Assembly (NCBI GenBank): GCA_965197585.1
Contig: OZ240215.1
Coordinates: 1,888,001-1,952,000 of the forward strand
Source of the DNA: Dehalococcoidia bacterium
GTDB taxonomy: Bacteria; Chloroflexota; Dehalococcoidia; Plut-88900
Length of the DNA: 64,000 nt
Reading direction: 5' to 3'
A model generated the notes under the pieces. It ran no database searches. It was given only the letters and a program-made list of their open reading frames with translations, and was not told the origin of the DNA. Below, piece after piece: positions 57,889-64,000 of this stretch (its first letter is position 1; each line of letters starts with the position of its first letter). The position numbers and the translations under genes are program-made.

Positions 57889-59133
57889 ATGGCCACCCAG
57901 CCCGAATACATAGGCCCCTACCGATGGGTCATAGTAACCTCGGTAACCACACTTACCGGTGCCCACCTGGTAGTCATCTACATTATTGGCCTGCTCCTGC
58001 CGGACATGATCGAAGACTTGGACCTGTCCCCTACAGAGCAGGGGTGGGTCGGGTCATCCGTCCTGCTGGCAAACCTCGTCATGGCTATCCCTCTAAACAC
58101 GCTGCTGTCCAGATTCAGGCCCTGGAGGATAATCGCCATAATGTCCGTGGCTGTTGCCGGGTTCGCCTTCCTTCAGGGCTGGTCGCCTATTCTGGCTGCC
58201 CTGATCATAGGAAGAGTGGGCGTAGGGCTCGGCTTCGCTGCCACTATGGCGCCCCGTGCCATGATGCTTCAGCAGTGGTCCACCCAGCGCCGCATAGCTC
58301 TTACCAACGGCGCATGGGTTTCCGGTGTCGACGTTTTGATGGGCATCGGATTCCTGGTCACTCCTTTTGTGCTGGACTGGGTTGGTAGCTGGCAAGGCGT
58401 CTACTATTTCTGGGGTTTTGTCAGTCTCGGCCTGGCCGGCCTCTGGCTCGTTTTCGGCAAGGAGAGGCCCACCGGCGAATACCGAGACAGGATGGCTACC
58501 CAGCAGGGCAGCCCACTGACCGTCTTTCGCAAATATCCCGAGCTCTGGATTGTCGGCCTCGGAATGTTCGGCGGCATGACCGCCAACACCGGTTTTCAGA
58601 CGTTCTGGCCTCGCCTGGCGGAAGAGCAGCTCAGCATCGACCCGAAGATCGTAGCCCTCACTCTTGCTTTCCAGGCCTTTGCCACCGCACCCCTTGGATT
58701 CCTCGTCAACGCCGTGCCCCGTTTCGTCGGCAAGCAGCCCCTGATACTAGCCTTTGGCGGACTTGCCGTCACCGCTTCCTACATCAGCCTCCTGTACGCC
58801 ACAGACACGCGGGTTGTTCTCCTTCTGGGTATCGGGGAGGGAATATCCCGGGTCTATTTCCCCGTCCTGATGACCATGGTGTTCCAGCTCCCGGGAGTCA
58901 AGCCCCGAGAGGCTGGTGTCGGACTTACTTTCATAGAGACCTGCATCTGGGGAGGCGGTGCGCTCGGGCCCCTTGTTGTCGGCTTCGTGGAGGAAGCTAC
59001 CGGTGACCTGAGGACGGCTATTTTGGTCATCTGTTTCGCACCCCTGGTCCTGATACCCGTTGCGGGATTATTGGCGCTTCGCAGGTGGGACCCCTTCGCA
59101 AACCTTGCCCCGGGTCGTGCACCTGGCTCTTAG
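57889..59133 (+). CDS. MFS transporter
   Basis: PYRWV N-terminus, GRVGVG, about 12 hydrophobic segments. Confidence 0.87.
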   Translation: MATQPEYIGPYRWVIVTSVTTLTGAHLVVIYIIGLLLPDMIEDLDLSPTEQGWVGSSVLLANLVMAIPLNTLLSRFRPWRIIAIMSVAVAGFAFLQGWSPILAALIIGRVGVGLGFAATMAPRAMMLQQWSTQRRIALTNGAWVSGVDVLMGIGFLVTPFVLDWVGSWQGVYYFWGFVSLGLAGLWLVFGKERPTGEYRDRMATQQGSPLTVFRKYPELWIVGLGMFGGMTANTGFQTFWPRLAEEQLSIDPKIVALTLAFQAFATAPLGFLVNAVPRFVGKQPLILAFGGLAVTASYISLLYATDTRVVLLLGIGEGISRVYFPVLMTMVFQLPGVKPREAGVGLTFIETCIWGGGALGPLVVGFVEEATGDLRTAILVICFAPLVLIPVAGLLALRRWDPFANLAPGRAPGS

Positions 59134-60407
59134 CGCAGGAACCTCCAATCGAAGGGCGCCTGGGAAATAACCTCGGGTTCGTTCCTGGTGATTATCACCT
59201 GCTCTTCCAGCTTCACCTGTTCCAGCCCGTTCTCCCGACCCCAGCTGGACTCGACGGAAATCACCATGTTTTCCTCCAGCACACCGGGATAGTTCCCAAA
59301 TCCTGTGTCGCTTCCGTCCGGGAAGAAGATCGCCGGGTATTCGTCCGACATGCCGTCCCCGTGGGCCAGAATCGTATACCGGTTAGCCTTGTACTCCTCC
59401 GGCATCTTGGGAGTCCTCTCTGATATCTCCTGGAAGCTCACACCCGCCCGATATAGCGGTAAGCAGTCCCGGAGGAACTGGTAGGCCCGCTTGTAGGCAT
59501 CCGACTGCTCCTCATTCGGCTTCGCGTCTCCGCACAAATAAGTTCGCGATATGTCTGCGAAGTATCCCAACGGCCCGGCCATGTCCGTATCGATGGTCAC
59601 GAGGTTTCCAGGCAACACCAGCCGGTCCGAGGCCTCCCGTTTGAGCCACGGATTCGTGTTCCCTCCCGCGCAAAGGAGCTTGGAGTCCGTCCTTTCACCC
59701 CCAAACTTCAGATTCGTCGACGCCAGCACCGCGTACAGTTCGTTCTCGGTTACGCCCGGCTCGATCGCCTCCTGCACCTTCGCCAGCGCCACGTCCCCGA
59801 TGGCACATGCCTGCTTGATCAGGACTAGCTCGTCCTCTGTCTTGATCATCCTGGCCAGATTCATGGGCATTAGCCCATCCTCAAGAGACACTCCCTGTTC
59901 CTCAAGTGAGTGGATGGTCAGAATGTCCGACCTATCCATCCCGAGCGGCTCACCGGCGATGTTCAACTCGACCAACAAGTCCCGCATCTCTACCGCCCAC
60001 CTCTTCGTCGCTTCGACTACGTAGCTCCCCGTACGCCACGAGTCCATGTTCGACGCAGGCCGACCTATTACGTCCTCCCCCAATACCGGGGTCTCGGTGA
60101 CCGAGGGCATGAACAGAATCGGCTTCCCCTCTCGGGGAATCAGGGCGTGGCGGCCCTTCAGGTGCAACAGGAAAGTCTCGAAGTTCCGAGCCCCGATAGC
60201 GTAGCGCACGTTAATCGGGTCGAATAAGAGTAATCCGCCTAGGTTGGCCCGCGCCAGTTCCGCCTGAATACGCCGGATCCTCTCCCCCCGGAGCCTCCGC
60301 ACGTCAACCCGCTCCTCAAAGTCGACCACCTGAGTCCCGACAACATCTTTTTCATGGATTCGCTTGGCACACAATGCTCTATTCCTCGCTTCTTGTTTAT
60401 GGGCCAT
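59130..60407 (-). CDS. M24B metallopeptidase-fold enzyme, DddP (DMSP lyase)-like
   Basis: LLFDPINVRYA, NTNPW, IDTD, DISRT, RY..HG.G.SDEYP, VE, KLEEQ. Confidence 0.8.
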   Translation of the reverse strand: MAHKQEARNRALCAKRIHEKDVVGTQVVDFEERVDVRRLRGERIRRIQAELARANLGGLLLFDPINVRYAIGARNFETFLLHLKGRHALIPREGKPILFMPSVTETPVLGEDVIGRPASNMDSWRTGSYVVEATKRWAVEMRDLLVELNIAGEPLGMDRSDILTIHSLEEQGVSLEDGLMPMNLARMIKTEDELVLIKQACAIGDVALAKVQEAIEPGVTENELYAVLASTNLKFGGERTDSKLLCAGGNTNPWLKREASDRLVLPGNLVTIDTDMAGPLGYFADISRTYLCGDAKPNEEQSDAYKRAYQFLRDCLPLYRAGVSFQEISERTPKMPEEYKANRYTILAHGDGMSDEYPAIFFPDGSDTGFGNYPGVLEENMVISVESSWGRENGLEQVKLEEQVIITRNEPEVISQAPFDWRFLR

Positions 60408-60549
60408 TCCACACAGGGCTGATTCTAGGAGTGGGGAATGGCATGGTCAATGAACTGACCACGGCCATTGCCTTAGTCTAGGTTGGAATGTAGGATTGTC
60501 CAATCCGTGTTCGCAGACCCGAAATTACGATACTGAATAGGACTACAAA

Positions 60550-61713
60550 ATGAATCAGAAGGTAGTGTCCGCTGACTGTCACATAGACCTGAGCTGGTTG
60601 CCGGAAGACCTCTTCATCAACCGTGCCCCTGCTCACTTGCAGTCCGCAATGCCCAGGGTCGAAGAGACCGAAGACGGCCGTTGGTGGAAAATCGAAGACG
60701 CAGTCATATCCAGGGTAGCCGGTTCCGGTCTCAGTGGCACTGGCGAAAAGTATGTGCCCGGCTTTTCTCTCCACCTCGACAAGATGGAGGAAGAAGGTTT
60801 CTTCTCCGATGCTGCAGAGGGTCTCTACCACCCCACCACCCCCGAACTCCGGCTCCGCGACCAGGACATCGATGGCATTAGCGGAGAAGTAATCTACGGA
60901 ATCCTCGGCGTGGCCAGCGGGTTCGCCGCCGGCGGAGACGCCGTACGAAACTCCGAGGCGCTGGGTGCGATCTACGAAATCTACAATCAATGGGCCTCTG
61001 AATTCTGCGCCACAAACCCCGACCGATTCATAGGACTCGCATGCCTCACCAGCCACGATCCCAAGCTCGCTGCACAACAGCTGGCTACCGCAGCGGACCT
61101 TGACCTCCGCGGTGCCGAGTTCAACGTTTCCAGCGCCTCAACCCCTATCTATCAACCGGAATGGGACGAACTGTGGGCCGTCTCGGCAGAACGGCAAATG
61201 CCCATCTCATTCCACACTGTCGGTCTTCCGTACCGGAAGCCGGACGCCGGCACTCCCGACTACTGTCAATACGTTGCCATGGGCATAAACTTCACCCTCT
61301 TCCAGCTTTCCGGCGCCGAATATCTGGCAAGTATCATCCTTTCCGGCGCCTGCTCCAACAACCCCGACTTCAACTTCGTCCTCGGCGAATGCGGTGTCGG
61401 TTGGATCCCTTATGTTCTCCACCGATTGGACCAGGAGTACAAGGACCGGCTCTTCCACCTCAACCTCGAAATGGACCCCAGCGACTACTGGCGACGCCAG
61501 GGCCACTCCACCTTCCAGGACGAGGTGGTCACCCAGGAGCTAGTTGACCTCATCGGAGTTTCCAACATCCTGTGGGGCTCAGACTACCCCCACCCCGACG
61601 GCATCTGGCCCGAGTCTCAGCAGCTCCTCGAAACTAACCTGGCTGCCCTGGATGAGGAGACCCGGACAAACATCACCTACCGGAACGCCGCCGAGCTATA
61701 CCGTTTCAACTAA
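60550..61713 (+). CDS. amidohydrolase family 2 protein
   Basis: SADCH, RLRDQDIDGI, ECGVGWIP, WGSDYPHPD. Confidence 0.9.
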   Translation: MNQKVVSADCHIDLSWLPEDLFINRAPAHLQSAMPRVEETEDGRWWKIEDAVISRVAGSGLSGTGEKYVPGFSLHLDKMEEEGFFSDAAEGLYHPTTPELRLRDQDIDGISGEVIYGILGVASGFAAGGDAVRNSEALGAIYEIYNQWASEFCATNPDRFIGLACLTSHDPKLAAQQLATAADLDLRGAEFNVSSASTPIYQPEWDELWAVSAERQMPISFHTVGLPYRKPDAGTPDYCQYVAMGINFTLFQLSGAEYLASIILSGACSNNPDFNFVLGECGVGWIPYVLHRLDQEYKDRLFHLNLEMDPSDYWRRQGHSTFQDEVVTQELVDLIGVSNILWGSDYPHPDGIWPESQQLLETNLAALDEETRTNITYRNAAELYRFN

Positions 61714-61768
61714 TAACCGGGCAACTCCGGATCTCCTCTTCCCACGGCAACGACCCCCCTGCCTAACC

Positions 61769-62059
61769 GTCATTCCGAGGCTCCGCGAGGAATCTGGGGC
61801 TGGGGGGCCAATCCCCTCTCCCTTGATGAGTCGCAGATGCGCCTCAGGCGTGAGAGGGCTAGGGTCGAAGACTCGCCGAGGAAAGTGAGAGTGATCCGGG
61901 TTCTGAAATTTAGCCTATCCATCTCCGGGCCCGAGGTCTTCCTCTCCTCCTGAGCCGAGTCGAAACATGTCGTGAGACCCTCGAAGTATGGGCGTGCGGC
62001 GGTTGATTCGAATTCCCCGGGCGGGGCCGCTCGTGCTGAGGCTCTCGAAGTATGAGCGG
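61769..62059. repeat. cluster of interspersed palindromic repeats of three families
   Basis: GTCATTCCGAGG..AGGAATC (61769-95), interrupted CCCTCTCCC repeat (61813-94), CCGCTCGTGCTG repeat (62027-59). Confidence 0.75.
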
Positions 62060-62257
62060 TGGGCGGGCGGGACAGGCTTGATCAAACGGCAAGCATTACT
62101 TGTCCAATTCTCGCCCCTCCAACTAACCACAGAGAGTAAGGGTGTTCCGACTCCCAAAAGAGCAGTCACGCAATAGTCTAGTACCGAGAGATATCCCCCG
62201 TTCATCACGCCCTGATGTTCCCAACAGCCCTGCGCTAGCTGTATCATTCCCGTCCGC

Positions 62258-63490
62258 ATGAGCGCACCCTACCATAGCCGCCCCACCGCGCCCCAATCGA
62301 CCAACTACCGCTTCGTCATCATCATAGCGATGATGTTACCCCACGTCTTCGGGTTCATTATCCTGGAGAGCCTGGGGCTGATGCTCCCCAGCATCAACAG
62401 GGAGTTTCACCTTAGCCCAACGGAAGAGGGAATCCTGGGGTCTGCCCCCCGGATAGGAATGATGATTCTGGCCCTTCCCGCGGGCTTGTGGTTCTCCAAA
62501 CTCAATGCTAAACACGTCACCACAATTACCTTCATTCTTGGGGCGCTGCTGGTGCTGCTCCAGGGTTGGTCGCCTATCTTCGCTGTGCTTCTGCTGGCTA
62601 GGGCGCTCTACGGCATCAGCATGGTCGTCCGAGAGCCCGTCAGGGCAATGCTCGTACGCCAATGGGCCCTTCCCAGAGAAGTAGTCACGATCAACGCCCT
62701 TTCTAACATGTTGTGGGGCGTCACCGCCGTCGGTTTCCTGCTGGTACCCCTTCTACTAAGGGCCCTGGATGACGACTGGCGGACAACTTTTTATATCTTC
62801 GCCGCGGGCATCCTTGGACTGACCCTGATATGGCACATACTTGGCAAGGAGCGGATATCCCCTCAATACCAGGCTGACATGCTTGCCCAGACCCGAAGCC
62901 CCATTTCTTCCATCTTCCGCTACAGGGAACTCTGGTTCCTCGCCTTCGGAGTCTTGGGCAACGCCGCCGCGTGGTCCGCCTTTGCTGTCTTCTGGCCCAG
63001 TTTGATGCTGGAGAAATTCGGCCTCTCCGAACTCACCTCCGGTTCCATCATTGCAATTGGTGGCGGAGTTTCGGCCTTTGCAGGCATTGGGGTGGGGCTT
63101 CTGACCAACAAGATCGGTAAGAAGCGCGTCATCCTTTGGTGGTGCGGCGTCGGAATGGCTGCGACCCAGGTTGCATTCCTCTGGACGGGGTCCTTTGGAT
63201 GGCTGGTCCTGATCACTGCGGTCAACGGGGTGGCCTGGTCCCACTTCCCAATTGTCCTGACCATCCCATTCCAGCTGCCCAACATCAAGCCCCGAGAGAT
63301 CGCTACCGCCATAGGGTTCCTGGAAACTGCCGTATGGGCCGGTGCTCTGGTCGGGCCCATACTCACCGGCGCCCTGGAAGACTTCGCTCTGGATCCCCGA
63401 CTTGCTCTTATGGTCACGGCAGCCATGCCGATAAGCCTGTCCATTGCCGCCATGCTCCTCCCGAGAAAGTGGGACGAGCTAACAGTCTAG
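62258..63490 (+). CDS. MFS transporter
   Basis: About 12 hydrophobic segments; YRELW and LPNIKPRE correspond to YPELW and LPGVKPRE of the 57889 paralog. Confidence 0.87.
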   Translation: MSAPYHSRPTAPQSTNYRFVIIIAMMLPHVFGFIILESLGLMLPSINREFHLSPTEEGILGSAPRIGMMILALPAGLWFSKLNAKHVTTITFILGALLVLLQGWSPIFAVLLLARALYGISMVVREPVRAMLVRQWALPREVVTINALSNMLWGVTAVGFLLVPLLLRALDDDWRTTFYIFAAGILGLTLIWHILGKERISPQYQADMLAQTRSPISSIFRYRELWFLAFGVLGNAAAWSAFAVFWPSLMLEKFGLSELTSGSIIAIGGGVSAFAGIGVGLLTNKIGKKRVILWWCGVGMAATQVAFLWTGSFGWLVLITAVNGVAWSHFPIVLTIPFQLPNIKPREIATAIGFLETAVWAGALVGPILTGALEDFALDPRLALMVTAAMPISLSIAAMLLPRKWDELTV

Positions 63491-63505
63491 CCCCCGTGGC
63501 CCGCC

Positions 63506-64000
63506 CTAGTCCCCGTTCAGCCGTATGTTGAAGAGTCGCATTGCATTGTCACGAGTGATCTTCTTCTTGACCGCGTCGGAGATCCCCTCGAAATTCCTGG
63601 CAATGTACTCGTGCGACTTCGGCCAGGTGCTCTCCCAGTGAGGATAGTCATTGGCCCAAATGTAGTTGTCCTCCCCGATGATGTCCGTGTTCTTCACACC
63701 AACCGGGTCGTCCATGAAGCAGGCGTAGATGTTGCGCTTGAAGTAGTCGGTCGGGGCCATATCCGGCACCTCAACAAGTGAGTCCTGCCGCATCCGATAC
63801 TTGTCATCCGCCAACCACAGGTAGTGAGGAATCCAGCCGATGTCCATTTCGGCCAAAACCACCTTGAGCTCCGGGAACCGATCAAAAACACCCCAGTAGA
63901 TCAGGTGGGACAGGCTCCTCTGCCCCGGGTGGTGCAGGCAGGTCTGGCTGATCCGGGCCTGGCCGATCTCGTCCTCAGGCCCGAACCCCGTGAAAGCGTG
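63506..64000 (-). CDS. amidohydrolase family 2 protein (5' end outside the window)
   Basis: Open frame from the window edge: GVFDRFPELKVVLAE..GWIP, WANDYPH. Confidence 0.88.
   Translation of the reverse strand, partial: HAFTGFGPEDEIGQARISQTCLHHPGQRSLSHLIYWGVFDRFPELKVVLAEMDIGWIPHYLWLADDKYRMRQDSLVEVPDMAPTDYFKRNIYACFMDDPVGVKNTDIIGEDNYIWANDYPHWESTWPKSHEYIARNFEGISDAVKKKITRDNAMRLFNIRLNGD

Noticed and set aside
1-64000. CRISPR array or cas genes
   Set aside because: No regularly spaced direct repeats; the PD-(D/E)xK/Fe-S domain belongs to an AddB-like protein, not Cas4.

Overview
GC-rich bacterial chromosomal segment. The expansion of luciferase-like (LLM) oxidoreductases (7 copies), amidohydrolases (5), related MFS transporters (3) and Chloroflexi-type palindromic repeats suggests Chloroflexota/Dehalococcoidia, SAR202-like (inference from gene content, not a database result). 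It is mostly catabolic: LLM enzymes, amidohydrolases, a ProVWX-type ABC system plus GMC oxidoreductase, a Mo-hydroxylase, an amidase and a DddP-like M24 enzyme. It also holds an AddAB-like helicase/nuclease pair, amtB, sulP, tRNA-Leu(TAG) and a PIN toxin-antitoxin module. Most notable: (1) a paralogous pair of ferritin-like proteins, one with all diiron ligands and one lacking the Glu ligands, resembling an undescribed alpha/beta diiron oxygenase; (2) a ~0.55 kb att-flanked element at tRNA-Leu encoding a canonical C2H2 zinc finger; (3) 21-44 nt hairpin modules inserted precisely inside other interspersed repeats; (4) tandem triplets of PTER-like hydrolases and of LLM genes, the LLM array keeping transglutaminase fragments that mark its breakpoints; (5) a nucleobase permease fused to a degenerate HATPase-like domain with an apparent ACG start. 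No CRISPR array, rRNA, integrase or transposase gene was seen.
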